Below, piece after piece: positions 37,486 to 45,880 of a stretch of DNA of 64,000 bases; position 1 is the first letter of the stretch; the number at the start of each line of letters is the position of its first letter. This stretch comes from an uncultured Candidatus Saccharibacteria bacterium (lineage in GTDB: Bacteria; Patescibacteriota; Minisyncoccia; UBA6257; 2-01-FULL-56-20). The notes beneath the pieces are model-generated. The model worked only from the letters and a program-made list of their open reading frames with translations, made no database searches and had not been told where the DNA came from. Location of the stretch: positions 114,458 to 178,457 of the forward strand of contig CAZDFQ010000001.1 in the NCBI GenBank assembly GCA_964505005.1, written 5' to 3'. The position numbers and the translations under genes were made by a program.

Positions 37486-37535
37486 AGGTTTTAAGAGATT
37501 TTAAAAGATTTTAAGAGAATTCTATGGCTCTAAGG

Positions 37536-38678
37536 TCAAGACACGAATTTTCCCACAATGTCGGTTTCATATTCCAAACGCCGGCTTTTGGCTTCAGCCG
37601 CGTCAACTACGGCTTGTTCGATTAAATCGGAAATTTGCTGTTTGAAAGAAATACCGCTCGCTTCCCAGAGATAAAAAGCCATTGAGCCGGGAATGGGATT
37701 AATTTCGGTAAGATAAAGTTTTTTATCATTGGTGTACATAAAATCAATCCGCACCATTCCCTTGCACCGGCAGGCCACAAAGGCCTTTTTGGCCGATTCC
37801 TGCAAACGCTTTTTCAGGTCATCGTCTATTTTGGCCGGTAATTCCCTTTGCAAAGACGCCATGCCGGCGCCGGTTTTTTTGCCGCCCCGCTGGTATTTAT
37901 CGGCAAAACTCAAGATTTCATCTTTGGAAAAAGGCCGCTCGATTTCGCTCGCTTCTACTTTGCCGCCAACGACCCTGACGCTGCAGTTGTATTCGACAAA
38001 CGAAGAAAGATATTTTTCCACCAGAATTTCATTGTCAATAAAAGCTGCTTCCAGCAAAAATTTTTCCAGCTCCACTTCGCTGCGGCTGATTTTAATGCCG
38101 ATGCTTGACCCCAGATGAACCGGCTTGATGATGGCCGGTAAACCGAGTTTTTGAATGATTTTTTTGCTGGAGTTTTCCACATCTTCTTTAATTTCAAAAG
38201 AAAATAATCTCGAGCCGGGCGCGGTCTCAATCCCGGCTTCGCTGACGACCTGTTTCGTCAAATACTTGTTCATCGTCAACACTGACGCTTCCTGATTGGG
38301 AGAAGTGAAAGGAATGCCGATGGTTTCAAAAAGCCCCTGGAGAGGGCCGCTTTCTCCCTGGCCGCCGTGGAAAGCGAAATAAGCCGCATAAGGATAAATT
38401 TTTTTAGGCAACCAGCGGCCGGTTTTCATAAAACCGCCGCGGGCATCCAAGCCGAACACTACCGGCTTCCGGGAAGAGCGGAAAAAGCCGCTCCGATTTT
38501 TAAGCTGCGGCAGATAAAGAATCTCGCCTTTTTTGGCCAGATAAATCACATAAGGCTCGTAAAGGCCGGTGTCAATATTTTCAAGAACCTGCAGACCGGT
38601 AATGACTGAAACCTCGTGCTCGGAAGACACGCCGCCGAAAGCGATGATAACGGGTTTAACCATAAGATAATCAGACAT
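37536..38678 (-). CDS. ddl: D-alanine--D-alanine ligase (ATP-grasp).
   Basis: N-terminal IIAFGGVSSEHEVSVITG; ATP-grasp C-terminal domain; 380 aa. Confidence 0.7.
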   Translation of the reverse strand: MSDYLMVKPVIIAFGGVSSEHEVSVITGLQVLENIDTGLYEPYVIYLAKKGEILYLPQLKNRSGFFRSSRKPVVFGLDARGGFMKTGRWLPKKIYPYAAYFAFHGGQGESGPLQGLFETIGIPFTSPNQEASVLTMNKYLTKQVVSEAGIETAPGSRLFSFEIKEDVENSSKKIIQKLGLPAIIKPVHLGSSIGIKISRSEVELEKFLLEAAFIDNEILVEKYLSSFVEYNCSVRVVGGKVEASEIERPFSKDEILSFADKYQRGGKKTGAGMASLQRELPAKIDDDLKKRLQESAKKAFVACRCKGMVRIDFMYTNDKKLYLTEINPIPGSMAFYLWEASGISFKQQISDLIEQAVVDAAEAKSRRLEYETDIVGKFVS

Positions 38679-38703
38679 TCTAACATTCTGCAGAATGTTA
38701 GAA
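38678..38703. repeat. 26-nt perfect palindrome TTCTAACATTCTGCAGAATGTTAGAA between the paralog 4 stop and the ddl start codon.
   Basis: It shares the AACATTCTGCAGAATGTT core with the 20600 copy. It differs by a symmetric (compensatory) A/C..G/T change in the arms. Confidence 0.7.
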
Positions 38704-38710
38704 TATTAAT

Positions 38711-40489
38711 TTAGACCACTTCGATATTATAGCATTTCTCACAATAAACAATCTCCGGCCTTTCCGGCGCGTAAGCCGTCTCAAATTCATTCGGACAATG
38801 ATTAACGCCGTGAAAATGGCTGGTTTGATTTTGATAAACCGCATTCTCTGATTGCTCGCCCGCACACTGACATTTCCGATGCCACAGCTGTAATGGGTTC
38901 AACCACTTCAGCCGTTCTTCGTGCCGGCAGTTCGGACAAAGACGAGGTAGAGGGAGGTTCATTATTTTATAAAATTGAACTTCTGCTTGCGTAATTTTAA
39001 ATGCCGAAGTGCACTGATGTTCACACCCGCTCTTATGCAAACAACCAATGACTTCCTCGGTTAGTTCATCAGGAATATCTCGGACGTTATCTGGCAGTTT
39101 TTCAGCCAGTAAACTGATGCGATAATTCTTCTCTTCATAATCTTTCCATGGGAACCCCTCATCAATAGTCTCTTTTTTGTTAAGCGGATAATACAATTGC
39201 GCAACTGTTTCATTATAAGCAAAAGGAGAAAACTCTGGCGGAAAAAATTCTCCAAAGCGATATTCTAATCCTCGAGCACCGCGATAGGGTATCTCTATCA
39301 TTTGTCGTTTAATTCCTGAAACAAGACGCTCATATTCGCTTTCAGAATACTGCTTATTAAAAATGCAGTATGATTTTTGTCGCAGGCTGATACAGCCGAA
39401 AACATCATGGCAGTTATCTATATACTCGGAATAACATACATTATGACCAGTCCAACAACGATTGGTAAACGTTACGCGGTAAACTGAAAGGGCAATGTTT
39501 AAATCTTCATATAAAAGCTCGGCGTTTTCTCCGGCAGTATCCACATCATACACATCGTGGATATTATTCAAAATATGAAGCGAATATTTACAATTCTCCG
39601 CCTGATAGGCAAAAAAGCAATGCCGGCAGTTTCTAACGTCAGTCATATAATTGCCCGTTGAATTAACTCCGTTAATAATATCAACAAAACGCCGCGGTTG
39701 GGTTAGATAAAAAGCTTCTACTTTTTTTGCCGCTTTTTCAATCCCGGTTCGGGTTATCAAGTTGAAACTGTTTAAAGTTTCCTCATACTCTTCTTTAGTA
39801 AGTTGTTTATTAAAAATGCAATATTTTTTGTGACGAATATTAATGCAACCGAAACAATTGTGGCAATCAAAGCAATATTTTAAAAACCAGCTCTCGCTGC
39901 AGTTGTATATGGCGGGGTAACTATAACGCACCTTGAACGAATCGAAAGCGGCATTGGTCTCATAGCAGAGTTCTACGCGAGTGCCATAAGCATTATCCAC
40001 ACTATCTTTGCAGTGTTGCATCCAATAGCCGTGCTGAAGATTTTCGTTATAGGAACTCTCTACAAGAAAGTAGCAATTTTTATTATTGGTTGACAAATGA
40101 GAGTAATGAGTATTTAGGCTGTTGCGATTTATGAGAGCGATTCTCGGCACTTTATCTGACAGCTTTTTCCACTGCTCGAAAAACGGTTTTGAGAAATCAT
40201 ATTCCTGGCCGTAAAAAAGAGGGTCCCAGTGGTCTGACCAGTAGCATTCTTGACAATAAATCGGAAAGGGAGCTGAGACGGAATAAATTGAGATAACGTC
40301 TTTTTTGCAAAGCCCGCATTGGCGGCGATAAAAATTCCGCTCATTGCGAAAAACAGCGCGCCTCGCTGTTCGGCACTCCGGGCACCAAGTGGGCGGCGGG
40401 ACGCGGAGGCGATCGTAGAAATTAAAGTCATCCGACTCAATCGTGAACCGGTTCTTACAGTTCTGGCAAGTTTTTGTTTCAGGGGTCAT
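38711..40489 (-). CDS. Cysteine-rich paralog 4 (592 aa) of the family at 9.1-14.9 kb.
   Basis: N-terminal CQNCKNRFTIESDDFNFYDRLRVPPPTWCPECR and C-terminal ...LPLPRLCPNCR...HFHGVNHCPNEFETAYAPERPEIVYCEKCYN. Confidence 0.7.
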   Translation of the reverse strand: MTPETKTCQNCKNRFTIESDDFNFYDRLRVPPPTWCPECRTARRAVFRNERNFYRRQCGLCKKDVISIYSVSAPFPIYCQECYWSDHWDPLFYGQEYDFSKPFFEQWKKLSDKVPRIALINRNSLNTHYSHLSTNNKNCYFLVESSYNENLQHGYWMQHCKDSVDNAYGTRVELCYETNAAFDSFKVRYSYPAIYNCSESWFLKYCFDCHNCFGCINIRHKKYCIFNKQLTKEEYEETLNSFNLITRTGIEKAAKKVEAFYLTQPRRFVDIINGVNSTGNYMTDVRNCRHCFFAYQAENCKYSLHILNNIHDVYDVDTAGENAELLYEDLNIALSVYRVTFTNRCWTGHNVCYSEYIDNCHDVFGCISLRQKSYCIFNKQYSESEYERLVSGIKRQMIEIPYRGARGLEYRFGEFFPPEFSPFAYNETVAQLYYPLNKKETIDEGFPWKDYEEKNYRISLLAEKLPDNVRDIPDELTEEVIGCLHKSGCEHQCTSAFKITQAEVQFYKIMNLPLPRLCPNCRHEERLKWLNPLQLWHRKCQCAGEQSENAVYQNQTSHFHGVNHCPNEFETAYAPERPEIVYCEKCYNIEVV

Positions 40490-40520
40490 AGTTCGCCTGG
40501 TGACATTTTGACCGGCGGAA

Positions 40521-40832
40521 CTAAACCTTTATAATCTCCAGTTCAGTGTACGGCTGGCGGTGGCCTTTTTTCTTGCGATAGCGGGTTTTGGAGTGATAAC
40601 GGAAAACGATTTTCTTTTTGGCTCTCCCTTGTTTTACGATTTTGGCTTCAACTTTTCCGCCGTTAAGATAAGGAGTGCCGATTTTGACATCATCGCCGTC
40701 AACGCGCAAAAGGACTTTGTCAAAAACAAAATTACCGCCTTCTCCGGCAGCCAATTTTTCAACTCTGATTTTTTGGCCGGGAGAAGTTTTGTATTGTTTG
40801 CCGCCGGTCTCGATGATGGCAAATGAAGACAT
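40521..40832 (-). CDS. rplU: 50S ribosomal protein L21.
   Basis: MSSFAIIETGGKQYKTSPGQKIRVEKL, canonical L21 N-terminus; 103 aa. Confidence 0.85.
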   Translation of the reverse strand: MSSFAIIETGGKQYKTSPGQKIRVEKLAAGEGGNFVFDKVLLRVDGDDVKIGTPYLNGGKVEAKIVKQGRAKKKIVFRYHSKTRYRKKKGHRQPYTELEIIKV

Positions 40833-40923
40833 AGAGTATCGATGCGAATATACTAATATACTAATTATACAAATGCAAGGTTATTGGAATTTCTTTCTTG
40901 CATCAGTATCGATACAAGCAATT

Positions 40924-41262
40924 TCAGTTCACGCTGATAATTGCGGCAAAGCCGATGAAAATCAAGATACTTACGAAAAGGCCAGCCGCGGCCACTAACT
41001 TTCCCCAAAACCAATCTTTTTTTTCAAACTCAAAAGCCAAGAAGAAATCAGCAATGACGGTGATGATTCCTAAAATCGCTATGGCTGTCAAATCCTTTAA
41101 GCTGCCTATCTGATTGATGCTGGAATCGTTGAAATGAAGAATCAGCGGCTGGGAAATCTTCCGCAAAGTCAAAAAGGCCCAGAGCCAGCCGCTGGCTACA
41201 AAAAAAATACTCAGAAAAAACGCCGCGCTGATAATTTTAAATTTCAAAAATTTTTTGAACAT
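40924..41262 (-). CDS. Hypothetical small membrane protein (3 predicted TM helices).
   Basis: Hydrophobic segments; no motifs. Confidence 0.4.
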   Translation of the reverse strand: MFKKFLKFKIISAAFFLSIFFVASGWLWAFLTLRKISQPLILHFNDSSINQIGSLKDLTAIAILGIITVIADFFLAFEFEKKDWFWGKLVAAAGLFVSILIFIGFAAIISVN

Positions 41263-41284
41263 CGGTGCATTCCTTTGTATCTTA

Positions 41285-41310
41285 TTCTCTAATTCGAGCG
41301 AATTAGAGAA
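41285..41310. repeat. Family B palindrome copy 3' of the galT-like gene, next to a tandem octamer repeat.
   Basis: TTCTCTAATTCGAGCGAATTAGAGAA, exact. Confidence 0.7.
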
Positions 41311-41324
41311 ATAAACTTATAGTC

Positions 41325-41390
41325 CTTCTTCTTATTTCTTATTTCTTATTTCTCATTTCTCATTTCTTATTTCTTATTTCTTATTTCTTT
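41325..41390. repeat. Tandem octamer repeat (TTCTTATT/TTCTCATT, about 8 units) overlapping the last codons and stop of the galT-like gene.
   Basis: Periodic 8-nt units are readable directly. Confidence 0.7.
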
Positions 41391-42406
41391 AACATCTTCG
41401 CCGCTTCATTGGGGTCAACGACATTTATTTCCACGCCGGTACTGAGTTCGAAACCAGCTGGAATGGAAATTTTCGGCAGAATTTCAATGTGCCAGTGGTA
41501 ATGTCTGTAGGCCGATTGATATTTTAACGGCGCGGTATGGATGAAAAAATTCAAATCCGGGTCGCGAAGATTTTTCCTGATTTTCCGGAGCGTCAGCTGC
41601 AAAATGGAAACAACCGGCTGAAGTTGAGCAGCCGGCGTCTTTTCGAAATACGACTGGTGTTTCAAAGGAAAAACTCTGATTTCAAATGGCTGGCGGGAAA
41701 CAAATGGCGCAATCGCCACGGCAAAAGAATTTTTGGCAATTATCCGTTTTTTGTTTTTCTCTTCGAATCTGAGCATCTCGCAATGAACGCAGCGCCGGTG
41801 TTTTTTGAAATAATGGTGCGAACCGGTGAGCGAATGCTGGACATCGGGTGGAATAATCGGCAAGGTTAGCATCTGATAATGAGGATGAGAAAGCGAAGCG
41901 CCGGCGCTTCCCCCGTAGTTGAAAAAAGTGGAAGTATAGGCGAAACATTTATCTTTGGAAAGTCGGCGGTAGCGACTCTGAATCATTTTGAAAGCCTCGG
42001 TTGCTTCTTCGAATTTCAAATCAGGGAGGTTGCGTTCATGGTCTCTGGTAATTACCAGTTCATGGTTTCCAATCCCGCTTAAAATTTCGTAGGGTCCCCG
42101 AGTGAAAGACGAAGCGCAGACCTCCCGATGGATGAGGGCCGGATATTTGTTGGGGATAACGGCGATGCGCCAGCTCCGACGCTTGCGGTCGGAGTCCCGA
42201 CCAGCGGCGTCGGGATTCTTCTCTTTAGGATATATATCAATCGGCGGCCAATTACCTGATTTTTCCAAATCTTCAAAAGGGCAAGTTGATGGCGGCGATA
42301 TCGGCCGTTTTTTCTTTTTGGGCAAAAGGCCATGCGGCCGCTTGGCCCGCTCCGGCGCCAGAATTATCCAGTCGCCGGAAATCAAATCTTGTCGAAATTC
42401 AGACAT
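41381..42406 (-). CDS. Galactose-1-phosphate uridylyltransferase-like (GalT/HIT-like nucleotidyltransferase).
   Basis: HPHYQ (HxHxQ) active-site motif; N-terminal Cys/His metal-site remnants; ~340 aa. Confidence 0.55.
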   Translation of the reverse strand: MSEFRQDLISGDWIILAPERAKRPHGLLPKKKKRPISPPSTCPFEDLEKSGNWPPIDIYPKEKNPDAAGRDSDRKRRSWRIAVIPNKYPALIHREVCASSFTRGPYEILSGIGNHELVITRDHERNLPDLKFEEATEAFKMIQSRYRRLSKDKCFAYTSTFFNYGGSAGASLSHPHYQMLTLPIIPPDVQHSLTGSHHYFKKHRRCVHCEMLRFEEKNKKRIIAKNSFAVAIAPFVSRQPFEIRVFPLKHQSYFEKTPAAQLQPVVSILQLTLRKIRKNLRDPDLNFFIHTAPLKYQSAYRHYHWHIEILPKISIPAGFELSTGVEINVVDPNEAAKMLKK

Positions 42407-42414
42407 AATTCAAA

Positions 42415-42518
42415 CATCAGCATATATCAGCCGTCATCAGCATTTATCAGCGTCAAGAGTCCTGTTCTACATCTCAAACGCTGATTTATGCTGATTTGCA
42501 ACTGATTAATGCTGATAA
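42415..42518. repeat. Long imperfect inverted repeat built from ATCAGC-containing 10-mers (four ATCAGC units, 26-nt spacer, four GCTGAT units), downstream of mrdA.
   Basis: CATCAGCATATATCAGCCGTCATCAGCATTTATCAGCGT...ACGCTGATTTATGCTGATTTGCAACTGATTAATGCTGAT, with ~10-nt periodicity. Confidence 0.65.
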
Positions 42519-44389
42519 GTTTTTATCCTGTTCCAATAATACCAGTTCAAAACGTCTTTGGCTATTGGCACAGCGTTCAAACTGCCTTCGCGGGAGTTTT
42601 CGACGAGAACCAGGATGGCGATTTGCGGATTGTCGGCCGGAGCATAACCGACGAAGAAAGCATTCTCTTGTTGGTTGCTCATTATTTGGGCGCTGCCGGT
42701 TTTGGCTTCAACCGGAAATCCTAAATCAGCCAGAAGATTGGCGGTGCCTAGCGGAGAGGTCACGGCCTGACGCATCCCTCTTCTGACTTCCTGAAATTGC
42801 GATTCAAAAGAAGACAAATCAGTTAGAATCTTCGGCTGGCTGTCCTTATTTATCCTCGGCTGATAAATTTTTCCGCCGTTGGCAATCGCGCTGATATAGT
42901 TCAAAAGCTGAATTGGCGTTAAAAGCAAATCACCTTGACCGATGCTGACGTTATAAGTGTCGCCGAGCAGCCAAGGCTTGGAGGTTTTCTTTTCTTTCCA
43001 GTCCGGGGACGGCAGAAAGCCTTTGGCTTCGCCCGGCAAATCAATGCCGGTTAAATTGCCGAGGCCGAATTTTTGCCACCACTCTCGCAAGCGGCTGATG
43101 CCGAGGCCTGGTTTTAAATCCGGGCCGCCGCCACCGACTTCGTAAAAATAGACATTCGATGATTGGGCGATGGCCGCCGATAAATCAACCCATCCCTGCT
43201 CGCGCCAATCAAGAAAGCGCGTTGGCGAATCAGGATTATAGGGATTGGGAATATCGAGATAGCCGGGTGAAAAAATTTTCACGGTCGGGGTGATGACTCC
43301 TTCCTTTAACGCCGCCACTCCAGCGAGCGGTTTGATTGTTGAACCAGGATTGTAGAAGCCGCCAATGGCGCGGTTGAAAAGCGGCTGGTCGGAAGAATTC
43401 AAAATTCTCTGTTTTTCTTCATTGCGGCCGCTTCCGCCTAAAATGTTATTATCAAAAACCGGGAAGCTAACCATTGCCAACACCTCGCCATTCTGCGGGT
43501 TCAACGCCAAACCGACTCCTTTTGTCCGGCCGAGAAAATCTAAGCCAGTCTTCAACCGCTGATAAAAATATTTCTGGAAATCGGCATCAATGGTCAGCTG
43601 AAGCGATTTCCCTGTCTGAGGAGTAGTTATCTCTTTGTCGCCGATAGGCCGACCTCGAGCATCGCGTTTCTGAACAATTCTGCCAGCCTCCCCTTTAAGA
43701 AGATCGTTATAAAATAGTTCGGCGCCGGCTTTGCCTATTATTTCATCCCCGCGGAGTTCGGGGCTGGCTGCCAAATCAGCGGCTGAAACGAAACCCGTAT
43801 AACCAATAACTGATGAAAAAACTTCTCCCGCGGCGTACCGTCTTATAAAACCGTCTTCCCCAACCAGCGCCGGCAAATCTAAGCCTTTCAATTTCACGGC
43901 TCGTTCCTGACTCAGGTTAGTCCTCAAAACAATCAGATTGTTCCCGCTGCCAACGTCATTTTTTTCAATCTCAGACCAGACCTCATCCGCTGTTAAACCG
44001 AGGATATCGTTTATGGCCTCAAACGTTTCTTTTTGAAGATCGGGTTTGTGAAGGAACTCATTAACATCAAGAACCGCCGAAAAAACCGGCAGATTCTCAG
44101 CCAAAATTTTGCCGGAGCGGTCATAAATAAGACCCCGGGGAGCCGGCAGAATCTCGACCTGGTTAAGATTGGCCTCAGCTCGGCTGACATAAATTTCTGA
44201 TTTGAGAACTCCCAAATAAAAAATCCGGCCGATGACGATTAAGCCGATAATGAAAATCAGGGCGCTCCAGTAGACAAGCGGTTTATTGCTGAGCGGCACT
44301 TCAACCAAGCCGAAGTCCTTCTGCCATTCTTCGCTCAATGATTCTTCTAAATCAACGGCGTTTTCCCTAATTCTATGGCTATTTTTCAT
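42506..44389 (-). CDS. mrdA: Penicillin-binding protein 2 (class B transpeptidase).
   Basis: N-terminal TM helix; SxxK (STIKP), SxN (SSN), KTG (KTGSA); downstream of mreBCD. Confidence 0.8.
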   Translation of the reverse strand: MKNSHRIRENAVDLEESLSEEWQKDFGLVEVPLSNKPLVYWSALIFIIGLIVIGRIFYLGVLKSEIYVSRAEANLNQVEILPAPRGLIYDRSGKILAENLPVFSAVLDVNEFLHKPDLQKETFEAINDILGLTADEVWSEIEKNDVGSGNNLIVLRTNLSQERAVKLKGLDLPALVGEDGFIRRYAAGEVFSSVIGYTGFVSAADLAASPELRGDEIIGKAGAELFYNDLLKGEAGRIVQKRDARGRPIGDKEITTPQTGKSLQLTIDADFQKYFYQRLKTGLDFLGRTKGVGLALNPQNGEVLAMVSFPVFDNNILGGSGRNEEKQRILNSSDQPLFNRAIGGFYNPGSTIKPLAGVAALKEGVITPTVKIFSPGYLDIPNPYNPDSPTRFLDWREQGWVDLSAAIAQSSNVYFYEVGGGGPDLKPGLGISRLREWWQKFGLGNLTGIDLPGEAKGFLPSPDWKEKKTSKPWLLGDTYNVSIGQGDLLLTPIQLLNYISAIANGGKIYQPRINKDSQPKILTDLSSFESQFQEVRRGMRQAVTSPLGTANLLADLGFPVEAKTGSAQIMSNQQENAFFVGYAPADNPQIAILVLVENSREGSLNAVPIAKDVLNWYYWNRIKTYQH

Positions 44390-44424
44390 TGTCTCATTTT
44401 GTGTATAGTTAAAAATTCATTTGG

Positions 44425-44452
44425 CCGGTGTTATGCTGTAGCATAACACCGG
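44425..44452. repeat. Family C palindrome copy between mreD and mrdA.
   Basis: CCGGTGTTATGCTGTAGCATAACACCGG. Confidence 0.7.
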
Positions 44453-44549
44453 ACCTTGCTATCACCTCCTACCTTTATGGATGAGGAACTCCCGCGAGGA
44501 ACTCCCGGTGAGTTAAAATTATTTGAGGATAATGTGGCGCAAATAGTAT

Positions 44550-45050
44550 TCAGATTCTAATGGAGTAAAAATAGCGAAAAACCTGGAAAATAAAAATGCC
44601 GAAGATTGACGCCCAAATAATGATTTCCGCAAAAAACAGCGGATTATTTACCAAAGAAATGTAATTCGAAGCTCCGTAAAATACAAGAAAGGCAGAGATA
44701 ATTGCTAAAAAATGGTTTATTTCGACTCTCCAAAGGAAATATCTTTTTGTCGCCGAAACCAAAAGCGGCAGAGCTATCAATAAAAAGATTTCTAAACTGA
44801 TAGCTGGCTGCCAGTTCAAAATAATCGCACTGAGCAAACTCAGAAATAAAACTTCCAGAGAGCCGAAATAAAAAGCTAAAGTTATAAGGGTGGCCAGCGC
44901 AAAATCCGGAGACCAGCCAAAAAAAAATTTAATTTCGGCCTGAAGGATTGAAGCTATGAAGACAACGAGAACGGCCGATAGAAATTTGACCGCTCTCGCC
45001 TCGAGAGCCCTGAATTTTACCATCCTATTCATTGTAATTTTCCGTAACAA
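44550..45050 (-). CDS. mreD: Rod shape-determining protein MreD (polytopic membrane protein).
   Basis: Synteny after mreC; ~160 aa with multiple TM helices. Confidence 0.55.
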   Translation of the reverse strand: MLRKITMNRMVKFRALEARAVKFLSAVLVVFIASILQAEIKFFFGWSPDFALATLITLAFYFGSLEVLFLSLLSAIILNWQPAISLEIFLLIALPLLVSATKRYFLWRVEINHFLAIISAFLVFYGASNYISLVNNPLFFAEIIIWASIFGIFIFQVFRYFYSIRI

Positions 45051-45768
45051 TGAAAAGCGATTTTAAATCCGCGGGGTTATAATTCGTCTCTATGTCCGCT
45101 TCTTTAAAAAACTGATTGGCAGAAATCCGAGGGTTAGCCAAAACGCCGAGCGTCAAACCATAGGGCAATTTTGGCTCTGTCGAATAAACGGCGTCTCCCT
45201 CAGCCACTTCAACGTCTTTAGGTATTAAAAACAACTCGGGTTCATTGCCGCCTTTAAGAAGAGCGCTGACTCCGTTTTTGCCTATTCTGACGCTCATCTG
45301 AAATCGCGAATCATAAATTGTCTCAACCAGCGAAGTATTTTCAAAAACTTTTTCTACTTTCCCCGCGAATATCGGGCTCGCCATAATCGGCTCGCTGCTA
45401 ACCAAAGGGAAAATCACGGCTGCCTGCCCTGATTTTGCTCCCTGCTTTTCGCCGGCGTTAACCAAAATCTCATTTTTAAAATTGAAAGGATAACTGGAAT
45501 AAACCAGGGCGCCTAATAACGAATTCTTGGTCGGCCAACCGGCGAGCGGCAGTCCGCCGGCTGGCGGATTCTGCAACTCCTGAAGTTTGGCAATCTCCGC
45601 TTTCAGCGATTCGTTCTCCAAAAGAAGATTTTGTTCTGTCCCAAGCGACTGCTGAGCAGTCCGGTAAAAAAATGACTGAATTTTCCAGCCAAACGAAGGA
45701 TATAAAAGGAATAAAAAAGCGGCGATTAAAATTAAAGCGAGTAAAAACCAGTTCTCTTTTTTCATCAT
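45025..45768 (-). CDS. mreC: Rod shape-determining protein MreC.
   Basis: N-terminal TM helix, coiled coil (LENESLKAEIAKLQEL), beta-rich C-terminus; synteny. Confidence 0.65.
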   Translation of the reverse strand: MMKKENWFLLALILIAAFLFLLYPSFGWKIQSFFYRTAQQSLGTEQNLLLENESLKAEIAKLQELQNPPAGGLPLAGWPTKNSLLGALVYSSYPFNFKNEILVNAGEKQGAKSGQAAVIFPLVSSEPIMASPIFAGKVEKVFENTSLVETIYDSRFQMSVRIGKNGVSALLKGGNEPELFLIPKDVEVAEGDAVYSTEPKLPYGLTLGVLANPRISANQFFKEADIETNYNPADLKSLFIVTENYNE

Positions 45769-45774
45769 CAGTAT

Positions 45775-45880
45775 TAATCAGCTATATCGGTATTAATCAG
45801 CGTTGACAATTTGTTTGGGTGAAATAAAATCTTTACCGCTGATTGATGCTGATATTGCCGATATATGCTGATAAAATTTA
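45775..45880. repeat. Second ATCAGC/GCTGAT periodic inverted-repeat element, between mreB and mreC.
   Basis: CATCAGTATTAATCAGCTATATCGGTATTAATCAGCG...CGCTGATTGATGCTGATATTGCCGATATATGCTGAT. Confidence 0.65.
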
